DNA of 64,000 nucleotides from Squalus acanthias. Taxonomy: Eukaryota. This document shows, in pieces, positions 1 through 11,490 of the stretch. Location of the stretch: contig CM059432.1 in NCBI GenBank assembly GCA_030390025.1, forward strand, positions 144,400,001 through 144,464,000, in the 5' to 3' direction. A program made the translations under genes and the position numbers. Under the pieces are notes generated by a model. That model was not told the DNA's origin. It did no database searches and was given only the letters and a program-made list of their open reading frames with translations. Within the stretch, counting starts at the first letter, position 1. Each line of letters begins with the position of its first letter.

Positions 1-302
1 TTTCATTTTTATTATTTTGTTGCTGAGTGGCTTGCTAGTGGTAGTTGAGAGTCAACCACATTGCTGTGGGTCTGAAGTCACAGCAGACCAGGTAAGGACG
101 GCAGATTTCCTTCCTCAGTGAACGACAATCCAATAGTTTCATGGTTACCATTACTGATACTAGCTTTTTTATTCCAGATTTATTTAATTAACTGAATTTA
201 AATTCCCCAGCAGCCGAGGGATTTGAACTCACGTCTCTGGATCATTAGTCCAGGCCTACTGGATTACTAGCCCAGTGACATTACCACTACGCTACCGTTC
301 CC
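1..302 (-). mobile_element. tRNA-derived SINE (same family as 29195-29690)
   Basis: Minus strand begins with a Pol III A box (TAGCGTAGTGG) and B box (GTTCAAATCC). Body AAGGAAATCTGCCGTCCTTACCTGGTCTG...TGGTTGACTCT matches the + copy at 29.4 kb. Confidence 0.75.
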
Positions 303-531
303 TAGAGGTGTTTAAGATGATTAAAGGAGTTGATAGGGTAGATAGCGAGAAACTATTTCTTCTGGTGGGGAGGGAGTCCAGAACAAGGGGGCATAACCTT
401 AAAATTAGAGTTCAGGGGTGATGTCAGGAAGCACTTCTTCACACAAAGGGTAGTGGAAATCTGGAACTCTCTCCCCCAAAAAGCTGTTGAGGCTGGGGGA
501 CAATTGGAGCTTTCGAGATGCGACTGACTCC
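303..531 (+). mobile_element. CR1 LINE 3' fragment
   Basis: GAGGTGTTTAAGATGATTAAAGG...CTTCTTCACACAAAGGGTAGTGGAAATCTGGAACTCTCTCCCC, the CR1 ORF2 C-terminal FFxQRVVxxWNxLP region; similar to 1555-1900 and 37.7-37.95 kb. Confidence 0.8.
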
Positions 532-1554
532 CATGTTGGTTTGTCAATAAAGGCGAATGCAGGACAAGTCCACCTTCTCCACTGTCCGCTGGATAAAGTA
601 TAATACACATATTGATTTTTTTATTGCCTACAATTTAAGACATCTGCAGCCGAGTTAATAAATTTCAACCCTGGTCTGCCATAAACCGCCATATAAGGTT
701 GAACAAAATTCCTTTGCGATGGCATAAACCTATATTTAGGTTTGCAATTCTGCATTCTATCTTTCATGAAATCAATAAAATTTGAGTAACATCTGTGTCA
801 AATTCAGTTAATGAAGTGGTCATGAGAGAGATGGAATTCAATAATTATACCTTATGCAGCATGGTCCAATCACATGTTTCATCAATGCAAAACCAATGAT
901 TAATGTAATAATGTACCATACTGCAGACTGAGGGCTACATATTAATGCCAGACTCCTTTCTCTGGGTTATTAATGAAGGATATCATTCATGATTCATCGC
1001 TTGCTAATAAAACGGACAGAGAATGAAGTTATTTCTTCTTGCAAATCAAAAAAACTAGCACAAGATTGCGTTGTTTGGTTGGCGACCTTTAACCTATGCA
1101 GGAAATGGACTGATGATCGCTTGAAATTCATTTCTGTTATTTAATTAACCTTACTGCACAATTTAGCTAAAAAAAATGTTTATTGCAGAATTTTCTGTAT
1201 AAAGGTAGGCAGCCTGTTGTCTTACTGCCCCATTTAGGCCAGGAGGGCTCCAGGTTTAATCCCCACTCTGTAATGAGTTAGCTGATAGCCTGTAGTGGCT
1301 CTACAATTGGCCTCTTGGGATATGGAAGGCAAAACAGACCAGCCAGGGCTGCCCTCTGGTGACCTCTGTGGTGGGTGAATGTCAGGTGGCCCTTGGCTAT
1401 GGTGCCAACCAACAGTACAACCTGTGAACCAGCTCAAAACAGAGACTGGCGAATACTCGCGCAACTGTATGCCAACATGAGTTAGTGCCTTCAGGAGAAG
1501 AGGGCAAAAACACACTCCCTAAAAACTGCACAGCGACACACAGCCACTCTCATG

Positions 1555-2115
1555 AAGATTGAGGGGTGATCTGATCAAGGTGTTTACAATGAGAAAAGGA
1601 TTCGGTAGGGTAGATACAGAGAAACTATTTCCTCCGATGGGAGAATAAAGAACGAGGGGTACACAATCTTTAAATTAGAGCCAGGCCATTTAGGAGGGAA
1701 ATCAGGAAGCACTTTTTCACGCAAAGGGTAGCAGAAATCAGGAACTCTCTCCCCCAAAAGGCTCTGGATGCTGGGGGTCAATTGCAGCTTTCAAGACAGA
1801 GATGGATAGATTTTTGTTGGGTAAGGGTATCACGGGATATGGAGCAAAGGCAGGTAAATGGAGCTGAGGTACAGATCAGCCATGATCTGATTGAATGGTG
1901 GAGCAGGCTCGAGGGGCTGAATGGCTTCCTCCTGTTCCTGTGTAACAGGGTTAAGGGGCTGAATGGCCTCCTCCTGTTCCTGTGTAACAGGGTCAAGGGG
2001 CTGAATGGCCTCCTCCTGTTCCTGTGTAACAGGCTCGATTGGCTGAATGGCCTCCTCCTGTTCCCGTGTAACAGGCTCAAGTGACTGAATGGCCTCCTCC
2101 TGTTTGTGTGTTCCT
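1555..2115 (+). mobile_element. CR1 LINE 3' end whose terminus is tandemly amplified
   Basis: RLRGDLI...WNSLP-type ORF2 end followed by CR1 3'UTR (GATCAGCCATGATCTGATTGAATGGTGGAGCAGGCTCGAGGGGCTGAATGG). Confidence 0.85.
1905..2110 (+). repeat. 42-bp tandem repeat, 5 copies, made of the CR1 3' terminus
   Basis: Unit AGGCTCGAGGGGCTGAATGGCCTCCTCCTGTTCCTGTGTAAC starts at 1905, 1947, 1989, 2031, 2073. Confidence 0.9.
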
Positions 2116-2548
2116 ACACTGTCAGAGACCTAACATCCAATCCCAGCAACAACTGATATTCATGCTCGGGATATTTAACAAAACAGCGGAGAAGAATTAA
2201 TTAGCAAAAAAAAGTAAGGTCTTAAACATTACCTCAGAACAGCCACAGGCTCATACAAACGCTATGTGGCACACAAGCTCACTGATTATTTGGCACATAT
2301 TCTTTCCCCTTCACCTCCAATTTTTTCCTTATTTCTCTCCTCTACATCAAATGTAACGACAGCATTCAGGAAATCTTTGTTGGTCAGCAGGACAAGATTT
2401 AACAGCTCCTCCACTCCCATCCCTTTCCCTCTAATCCTCAGCTGCCCTTCTTCAGGCAAGAGGAAGGCAGCTGGGCCCAGGAGAGGGTTGGGTGCAAGTA
2501 TTACACAGAATTACACAGAGGGAACAGCAAAGGAACCGCCCATTCGGC

Positions 2549-2710
2549 CAGTGTTCCCTCGAATTTTATTTTGGGCCGCGCGGCCCTTTTAACAAGCTGC
2601 GCGCGGCCCATTCAAAAGTCTGCGCGTGCGCGGTTTTATCAATTTAAAAGCTGGCCCATCGGCTGCGCGGGACCCCTGGAGCACAGCCGCACAGCCTAAA
2701 GGGATCATTG
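2549..2710. mobile_element. hAT-type non-autonomous DNA transposon (MITE), 162 bp
   Basis: TIRs CAGTGTTCCCT / AGGGATCATTG; 8-bp TSD CATTCGGC (2541-2548) / CATTTGGC (2711-2718); CpG-rich interior. Confidence 0.8.
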
Positions 2711-3069
2711 CATTTGGCCCAACAGCTCCATGCTGGTGTTTATGCTCCACATGAGGCTCCTCCCAACCCTCTTCACTTAACCCCATCAACATATCCTCCT
2801 ATTCCTTTCTCCCTCATGTGTTTATCTACCTTTCCCTTAAATGCATCAATGCGATTTGCCTCAACCACTCCCTGTGGTAGCGAGTTCCACATTCTCACCA
2901 CTCTCTGGGTGAAGAGGTTTCTCCCGAATTCCCTATTAGATTTATTAGTGACTATCTTATATTGATGGTCGATAGCAAAATACTGCGGATGCTGGAAAAT
3001 TGAAACAGCAACAGAAAACGCTGGGAAAACTCAGCAGGCCAGGCAACATCCGTGGAGAGAGAAACAGAG

Positions 3070-3105
3070 AGTTAACGTTTCAGGTCGAAACCCTTCGTCA
3101 GAACT
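3070..3105 (-). ncRNA. Minimal type I hammerhead ribozyme (PLE family 2)
   Basis: AGUU-CUGACGA-A-GGGU(UUCG)ACCU-GAAA-CG-UU-AACU: intact core, stem I AGUU/AACU, palindromic AACGUU helix III. Confidence 0.75.
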
Positions 3106-3479
3106 GAGAAAAAAGCAGGAAATGAAACATAAAAAAGCAAGGGGGAGGCTGGGGGGAGGAATAAAAGAACAAAAGGGGTGGTCTATGGTAAGTAGAGACA
3201 TTAAGAGATGCTCAAGGCAAGACGAGATGGTAATAGGACAGGTTAAGAAACAAAAGGTGGCTCAAGAAGTGTGAAGTGTGAAATGCTGGCAGAATGAGAG
3301 ACAGCTGCCGTGGGGGGAAGAGAGAAAAAAAGGGAAAAGGCACAAACTAAAAGGGTGGATAAAATGTATATATATGGTAGGGGCCGAGGTTATGATCTGA
3401 AATTGTTGCACTCTTTACAGCCTTCCAGACTCAATATCGAGTTCAACAATTTCAGATCATAACCTCGGCCCCTACCATT

Positions 3480-3515
3480 AGTTCTGACGAAGGGTTTCGA
3501 CCTGAAACGTTAACT
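3480..3515 (+). ncRNA. Minimal type I hammerhead ribozyme (PLE family 2)
   Basis: AGTT CTGACGA A GGGT TTCG ACCT GAAA CGTT AACT, the exact inverted copy of 3070-3105. Confidence 0.75.
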
Positions 3516-4299
3516 CTGTTTCTCTCTCCACGGATGTTGCCTGGCCTGCTGAGTTTTTCCAGAGTTTTCTGTTGTTGTTTTATATTTATGGCCCCTAGTT
3601 TTGGACTCCCCCACAAGTGGAAACATCTTCTCTATGTCTACCCTGTCGAACCCTTTCATAATCTTAAAGACCTCGATCAGGTCTCCCCTCAGTCTTCTCT
3701 CTCTTTTCTAGAGTAAGGAGCCCCAGCCTGTTCAACCTTTCCTGATAGGTATAACCTCTCATGTTCTCAGTTGATTTTGGGATGGGAAGGCTGGTTTCCC
3801 GGGGATGGCTGTGGGTTTCTGCCAGGAAAGCTACCTGGTGCAGCGCACATATTGTACACGGACATACAATAGACATGTTAAGGATCAAATAACAAAAAAA
3901 AAGTAAAATATCTGGGTGTAGCGACCAGGGCCAACAGCGTATCATAGAGGCAGTGTAATCAGAAAATACACCATAAAATGCTCAGATCATTAAAAAGAAA
4001 ACTGCTTCAGATATACACTGTGAACAAGCTCACACTCACTACTTTTGTAAATAAACGGCGCAAGGAAATTTAACTTTCAAAGATTGTTGTCAATGCTGCT
4101 GAAAGTATTTCCAAATTAAAATGAAAGGGGATGAAAATCCCACTGGTGAAGGCTGTCCTTTCATTAAATTGGCAGCGTGCCTGCCTGCTCCTGGAAACAG
4201 CAGCCCTGCCAAAGGGATTAGGAGCCAGGGACTGATAGCCTAAACATGCCTGGGTGGATAAACAAGCACTTAATTACCCAACTTTTAATTTACTCCAAA

Positions 4300-4600
4300 A
4301 TTACAACAAGGAAACAGGCCGTTCAGCCCAACCAGTCCGTGCTGGTGTTTATTCTCCACAGGAGCAGTGTCCTAATCCCATGTACCCGCCTGCTCCCATA
4401 TCTCTTTATTCCCCTTTCCTTCAACCACCTATCGAACCTGTTCTTAAATAGTCTCTGCTTCAATCACTAACTCCAGTAGTGATTCCACAGCCTCACAACC
4501 CTCTAAAAACAGTTTCTCCTGCTCTCAATCCTAAATCTCTTCCATTTAATCTTATATCGACGTCCCCTCAATCTGGACCCTTAATCACTAGAAACGGTCT
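4300..4600 (-). mobile_element. Degenerate CR1 3' fragment
   Basis: GGAAACAGGCCGTTCAGCCCAACCAGTCCGTGCTGGTGTTTAT tail plus remnant GATTCCACAGCCTCACAACCCTCT. Confidence 0.6.
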
Positions 4601-4661
4601 AAATTCTCAGTACCTGCAGGACAGAAGTGGGATTAGATAGAAAATAGGAGGAAGATATATT

Positions 4662-6150
4662 ACACACACACACATTCACACTCACACACACACAGATGCA
4701 CACACATTCACACACACAGATGCACAAATTCACTCACACACTCAGACACACACACATTCAGACGCACACATTCACTCTCACACTCAGACATGCACACATT
4801 CACACACACTCACGCACACACACTCAGACACACGCACATTCACACACACACACTCAGACACACGCACATTCACACACACACACGCACACACACTCAGACA
4901 CACGCACATTCACACACACACACGCACACTCACACCCACACACTCAGACGCACACATTCACACACTCAGACGCACACATATTCACACACACACATTTACT
5001 CACACTCAGACACACACACATACACACATTCACTCTCACTCAGACACACACATTCACACATTCACTCTCACTCACACACACACATTTACTCTCACACTCA
5101 GACGCACACACACTCAGACGCGCACACATTCACACACACACTCACACCCACACACATTCACACACATTTACTCTCACACTCAGACGCACACATTCACTCT
5201 CTCTCAGACGCGCACACATTCACACACACTCAGACGCACACCCACACACATTCACACACACACACTCAGACGCACATTCACACACTCAGACGCACACCCA
5301 CACACTCAGACGCACACACATTCACACACACACACTCAGATGCACACCCACACACATTCACACACACACACACTCAGACGCACACATTCACACACTCAGA
5401 CGCACACCCACACACTCAGACGCACACACATTCACACACACACACTCAGATGCACACCCACACACATTCACACACACACACACTCAGACGCACACATTCA
5501 CACACTCAGACGCACACCCACACTCAGACGCACACACATTCACACACTCAGACGCACATCCACACTCAGACGCACACACATTCGCACACACTCAGACGCA
5601 GACATTCACACATACACACACTCAGATGCACACACATTCACACACACACTCAGATGCACACACATTCACACACACACTCAGATGCACACACATTCACACA
5701 CACACACACACTCAGATGCACACACATTCACACACACACTCAGATGCACACACTTTCACACACACACACACACACACTCAGATGCACACACATTCACACA
5801 CACACTCAGATGCACACACTTTCACACACACACACACTCAGATGCACACATATTCACACACTCAGATGCACACACACAGTTACTCTCACACTCAGATGCA
5901 CACACACTCAGACGCACATTCACTCTCAGACGCGTACACATTCACACACACACTCAGACGCATACCCACACCCATTCACACACACACACTCAGACGCACA
6001 CATTCACACACTCAGACGCACACCCACACTCAGATGCACACATATTCACACACTCAGATGCACACACATTCATGGACACATACACACAGACATGCATACA
6101 CACACTCATGCACAGAGACACTCATGCTCATGTACACACACATATATAAA
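4662..6150. repeat. CA-rich compound micro/minisatellite (CACACTCAGA[C/T]GCACACATTCA with variable CA runs)
   Basis: Recurring CTCAGACGCA / CTCAGATGCA and CATTCA punctuation between (CA)n runs. Confidence 0.95.
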
Positions 6151-7269
6151 CACAATGGACTGTAGCAGAGGATTGAGAATTCATTAATTACAGGAAGAAG
6201 TTGTTCTCAATTCCTATGACACCAAAAACACATGGCCTTATTGTAGTGGATCTATCAGTAAACGCACCCCTTCCATATGGAGAATCTATTGTTAGTTCCA
6301 GGATCACGGAGCTAGGATCAGTGCAGAGTGGAGTGTTCCCAGGAGGATTCAATGATGGTGAATTATGTTCAGTGTAGTTTGAAAGGATGGTCAGGAGGCT
6401 GGTGCATCCTGGGACACATCGTCAATATGTTAAATCTTCATTTTGTTCATGCATTTTACCTTAGGGGAAGATATCCTGTTTTCTTCATGTAACGGAATCA
6501 TAAATCTATTTATCAAGACCAGATTCAGGATTTAGTTACACTGAGGGTCCCTCCCCTCCAGCTCTCAGCGTTTAGACTAACTGGACTAGACTGCCAGACA
6601 TACAATTGGCCCTTTCTAATTATCTGATTATACCAACTATCAGTGCAAAAGGAAGGGAAAAAAACATAAACTCCCTGGATGATTTTTCCCATATTGCCAA
6701 TCACCCGCCCAATTCCACTTGTCTCTGAGCCACGCAGACTCACACTGACACACACTGGCAAGGACCACTCCAAGCAAGGCAGACTCACACTGACACACAC
6801 TGGCAAGTGTCCACAAATGGACAAAGGAAACCTAAGTGAGGATTTAAGGATGAAATAGTCTGGCAGGGATGTGGAACTGGGGGTTTCAGCCCTGGTGCTT
6901 TGTAGGGGTCCAGCTCTACGGCTCTTTGCTAAACAGTGCCCAGAGGGTCTCTGCTACATGCAGGTCCACGTGGAGTTTCTTAAGTTTGCCTTTTGAGAAA
7001 CCCTCAGAAAAAAAAGGATTTGACTCCAAAGTCTAGTAACAATCAGCCCACTCGGATTAGCGCCCCGAGCAATAAATCCGGCCATCACTTCGATGAAATG
7101 CTTTGGCTCACAGCACTGACAGTTTGCACAGAGACTGTTTACTGCCTCGTGTCCCTGACAAACACTCATTACTGCTCAAAATAGCCACAGCTGCTCAGAG
7201 TCACTAGAGTGAATTTGAACATTTCTTCATACTTTGAACAATTACAAAGAATGATGACGTTGATAGAAA

Positions 7270-7600
7270 ATAACAAAGGACTTGCATTTCTACAGCGCCT
7301 TTCACAACCTCAGGACGCCCCAAAGCACTTCACAGCCAATGAAGTACTTTTGAAGAGTACTCACTGTTGTAATGTGGGAAATGCGGCAGCCAAATTGCAC
7401 ACAGCAAGATCCCATGAGCAGCAATGTGATAATGACCAGATCATCTGTTTTTATCAGTGATGTTGGTTGAGGGATAAAAATTGGCCAGGACATCGGGGAG
7501 AACTCCCCTGCTCTTCTTCAAATAGTGCCGTGGGATCTTTTACATCCACCTGAGAGGGCAGATGGGCCCTAGGTTTAACTTCTCATCCGAAAGATGGCCC
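7270..7600 (-). mobile_element. DeuSINE (SacSINE1-like), head replaced by a minisatellite
   Basis: Deu-domain-like TTGGCCAGGACATCGGGGAGAACTCCCCTGCTCTTCTTCAAATAGTGCCGTGGGATCTTTTACATCCACCTGAGAGGGCAGA and L2-like tail ACTTGCATTTCTACAGCGCCTTTCA. Confidence 0.8.
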
Positions 7601-9140
7601 CTCCGCCAGTGCAGCGCTCTCTCAGTACTACCCCTCTGACAGTGCGGCGCTCTCTCAGTACTGCCCCTCTGACAGTGCAGCGCTCCCTCAGTACTGCCCC
7701 TCCGACAGTGCAGTGCTCCCTCAGTACTGCCCCTCCGACAGTGCAGCGCTCCCTCAGTACTACCTCTCCGACAGTGCAGCACTCTTTCAGTACTGCCCCT
7801 CCAACAGTGCAGCACTCCCTCAGTACTACCCCTCTGACAGTGCAGCACTCCTTCAGTACTGCCCCTCCGACAGTACAGCACTCCTTCAGTACTGCCCCTC
7901 TGACAGTGCAGCGCTCCCTCAGTACTGCCCCTCCAACAGTGCAGCGCTCCCTCAGTACTGCCCCTCCAACAGTGCAGCACTCCCTCAGTACTACCCCTCT
8001 GACAGTGCAGCACTCCTTCAGTACTGCCCCTCTGACAGTGCAGCGCTCCCTCAGTACTGCCCCTCTGACAGTGTGGCGCTCCCTCAGTACTACCCCTCTG
8101 ACAGTGCAGCGCTCTTTCAGTACTGCCCCGCTGACAGTGCAGCGCTCCCTCAGTACTGCCCCTCCGACAGTGCAGCACTCCCTCAGTACTGCCCCTCCGA
8201 CAGTGCAGCGCTCCCTCAGTACTGCCCCTCCGACAGTGCAGCACTCCCTCAGTACTGCCCCTCTGACAGTGCAGCGCTCCCTCAGTACTACCCCTCCGAC
8301 AGTGCAGCGCTCCCTCAGTACTGCCACTCCGACAGTGCAGCGCTCCCTCAGTACTGCCCCTCCGACAGTGCAGCACTCCCTCAGTACTGCCCCTCTGACA
8401 GTGCAGCGCTCCCTCAGTACTACCCCTCCGACAGTGCAGCGCTCCCTCAGTACTGCCACTCCGACAGTGCAGCGCTCCCTCAGTACTGCCCCTCCGACAG
8501 TGCAGCACTCCCTCAGTACTGCCCCTCCGACAGTACAGCGCTCCCTCAGTACTGCCCCTCTGACAGTGCGGCGCTCCCTCAGTACTGCCCCTCCGACAGT
8601 ACAGCACTCTCTCAGTACTGCCCCTCCGACAGTACAGCACTCGCTCAGTACTGCCCCTCCGACAGTGCGGCGCTCCTTCAGTACTGCCCCTTCGACAGTG
8701 CAGCACTCCCTCAGTACTGCCCCTCCGACAGTGCAGCGCTCCCTCAGTACTGCCACTCCGACAGTGCAGCACTCCCTCAGTACTGCCCCTCCGACAGTGC
8801 AGCGCTCCCTCAGTACTGCCACTCCGACAGTGCAGCACTCCCTCAGTACTGCCCCTCCAACAGTGCAGCACTCCCTCAGTACTGCCCCTCCGACAGTGCA
8901 GCGCTCCCTCAGTACTGCCCCTCCGACAGTACAGCACTCCCTCAGTACTGCCCCTCCGACAGTGCAGCACTCCCTCAGGACTGCCCCTCCGACAGTGCAG
9001 CGCTCCCTCAGTACTGCCACTCCGACAGTGCAGCACTCCCTCAGTACTGCCCCTCCGACAGTGCAGCACTCCCTCAGTACTGCCCCTCCGACAGTGCAGC
9101 GCTCCCTCAGTACTGTCCCTCCGACAGTACTGAGCCCCCT
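7598..9140. repeat. 33-bp minisatellite (~47 copies) derived from the DeuSINE body
   Basis: Unit CCCTCCGACAGTGCAGC[A/G]CTCCCTCAGTACTGC; the same sequence occurs once in other SINE copies (e.g. 27969-28000). Confidence 0.95.
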
Positions 9141-9225
9141 CAACAAGGATGAGAATGTTAAAATCGAGGCGTTGCCGGACTGGGAGCCAATGTAGGTCAG
9201 CGAGCACAGGGGGGTGATGCAATGA
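9141..9225 (-). mobile_element. Short L2 LINE fragment
   Basis: AACAAGGATGAGAATGTTAAAATCGAGGCGTTGCCGGACTGGGAGCCAATGTAGGTCAGCGAGC matches 57807-57875. Confidence 0.75.
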
Positions 9226-10455
9226 TGGCGGGGGGGGGGGGGGGGGCGGATGCTTTTTAATGGGTGGATGAGCTTGGGTTCGGAATGACATTCCTCATCC
9301 ACCTGCCATGATGGGATGACATTCTCTCTTTGTTGACTGTGTGAAGTGAACCTGGGCCGTCACAACTTGTGGGTAAAGAGGCAAGAGTACAGAAGTGCCC
9401 CTAATCTGAACCCTCGCTCAGCCAGGCGATGGGATCAGTGGGTGTGAGATATCACCATGTCACTGAGGTGATGTCCTGGGGTTGAGGTGCGGCAGTGGGG
9501 AACAGTAGATGGCGCTTCACACTGTCATCTGGCTGCATTGATGCTGATCCTGAAAATGCAAAAGCATTTAGTTCCCCAGTTACAACATCTCTCGGTTTGA
9601 TGAGCACAAAAAATCTTTCCCCCCAAAAAAACCTGGAGGAAACTAATCTATCGGCACAAAGTAGCGGCTGTGCCAGCAGTAAGTCACTGAGCTGGTGCCC
9701 AGATATCCATATATGGACTTGGTTTAGCTCACAGGCTCACTGGGCAATGAGTGAACAAACTACTAAAACGTTGCAGCCGCTTTCTTCTGCTATTGTTTCC
9801 TTTTCACAATCAGCTAAAATCCCAATCTCGATGAGGTGATGGGTTGATTCCACCTCTGGGGAGCAGAGGGGCAACTACTCTCTGTCTCAAAAGCGCATTA
9901 AAAATGCTTCAATGAAAGGGTTCTGTAAAAGTTTTTTTTCCCTCTGAAGATGGAATATAAATCACACAGCCTGTGGTAACCCTGGTGAGAGCTCAACTAT
10001 TCCCCTGTCACTCAGCAACCATCTTTCTCAATAATTTGTTCATTTAAACGTGACCTGTAATTTTGTGCATCTCTCTCTCTCTCATAGAAGCCTTTGTGTT
10101 CTCTCAACTGTATTGCAAAATCACTTTGATTACTGCAACAAAAAAAAAGAATTATAATAATAAAAGTGTCACAGAAATATTCAAAACATTAACCTGAACT
10201 TCAAAGGTAACTTAAAAAGCGAGCAAGCTAGCGATGCCAATTATGGTGGATGGGTTGTTGAGACAGAGAGCTCTGTGCCTGGAATCCGGCTGTTCCTAAG
10301 TGAGTGGGACGGGCTGTGTAACCCTCGCAGGGCAATCTCCACATCAAACAGTGCACGCAGTGTCCCGTGCTGTCGTACACCCGCTAACTTACTGAGAAAT
10401 CGGTAGTGATGGATCATTGCGATCATCGCAGAGTACCTGAGGACACAGGTGCGCG

Positions 10456-11490
10456 TGTGGAGTGCGATATAGAAGGTTAGAGGGGGCACTATCCCAACTG
10501 GGGAGTGGTGTGGAGTGTGATATAGAAGGTTAGAGGGGACACTATCTCCACTGGGGAGTGGTGTGGAGTGTGATATAGAAGGTTAGAGGGGACACTATCC
10601 CCATTGGGGAGTGGTGTGGAGTATGAAATAGAAGGTTAGAGGGGACACTATCCCTACTGGGGAGTGGTGTGGAGTGTGATATAGAAGGTTAGAGGGGACA
10701 CTATCCCCATTGGGGAGTGGTGTGGAGTGTGATATAGGTTAGAGGGGGCACTATCCCCATTGGGGAGTGGTGTGGAGTGTGATATAGAAGGTTAGAGGGG
10801 ACACTATCCCCATTGGGGAGTGGTGTGGAGTGTGATATAGAAGGTTAGAGGGGACACTATCCCTACTGGGGAGTGGTGTGGAGTGTGATATAGAAGGTTA
10901 GAGGGGACACTATCCCCATTGGGGAGTGGTGTGGAGTGTGATATAGGTTAGAGGGGGCACTATCCCCATTGGGGAGTGGTGTGGAGTGTGATATAGAAGG
11001 TTAGAGGGGGCACTATCCCCATTGGGGAGTGGTGTGGAGTATGAAATAGAAGGTTAGAGGGGGCACTATCCCCACTGGGGAGTGGTGTGGAATGTGATAT
11101 AGAAGGTTAGAGGGGGCACTATCCCCATTGGGGAGTGGTGTGGAGTGTGATATAGAAGGTTAGAGGGGACACTATCCCCATTGGAGAGTGGTGTGGAGTG
11201 CGATATAGAAGGTTAGAGGGGGCACTATCTCCATTGGGGAGTGGTGTGGAGTGTGATATAGGTTAGAGGGGGCACTATCTCCATTGGGGAGTGGTGTGGA
11301 GTGTGATATAGGTTAGAGGGGGCACTATCTCCATTGGGGAGTGGTGTGGAGTGTGATATAGAAGGTTAGAGGGGACACTATCCCCATTGGAGAGTGGTGT
11401 GGAAGCGATATAGAAGGTTAGAGGGGACACTATCTCCACTGGGGAGTGGTGTGGAGTGCGATATAGAAGGTTAGAGGGGGCACTATCTCC
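10456..11490. repeat. ~53-bp minisatellite (~20 copies)
   Basis: Unit GGGGAGTGGTGTGGAGTGTGATATAGAAGGTTAGAGGGG[A/G]CACTATCCCCATT; some copies lack GAA (50 bp). Confidence 0.95.

Larger units (their letters stand above)
2971..3579. mobile_element. Hairpin (inverted-repeat) derivative of PLE family 2 3' end
   Basis: Left arm equals the 3'UTR/ORF end of the PLE at 50.9-51.4 kb. Inverted arms 3374-3408/3444-3478 and ~3005-3105/3480-3579. TSD TTATATTGATGGTC (2957-2970) / TTATATTTATGGCC (3580-3593). Confidence 0.85.
2500..3765 (-). mobile_element. CR1 LINE 3' fragment interrupted by a hAT MITE and a PLE hairpin
   Basis: Pieces 2500-2548, 2711-2970 and 3580-3765 join into a continuous CR1 tail matching 15.4 kb and 24.7 kb copies. 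Confidence 0.8.

Noticed and set aside
851..920. Minus-strand exon candidate with faint RAMP-like CDW motif
   Set aside because: Weak splice signals; resemblance too slight to support.
4696..6187. His/Thr-rich ORFs
   Set aside because: Translation of (CA)n-based repeat.
6735..6807. Direct duplication of CAGACTCACACTGACACACACTGGCAAG
   Set aside because: Simple two-copy local duplication with no further structure.
7540..9302. Repetitive ORFs with 11-aa period (zinc-finger- or antifreeze-like)
   Set aside because: The unit is a SINE segment, open in four frames, with no true C2H2 spacing.
10393..10436. 44-nt minus-strand exon candidate (CAG...GTAAG)
   Set aside because: Weak polypyrimidine tract, stop in the phase needed to follow the 32.3 kb exon, unrecognisable peptide.
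10456..11490. CRISPR-like or telomeric appearance (hairpin repeats, GGTTAGAGGG)
   Set aside because: No unique spacers or cas genes, eukaryotic context, and no TTAGGG tracts.
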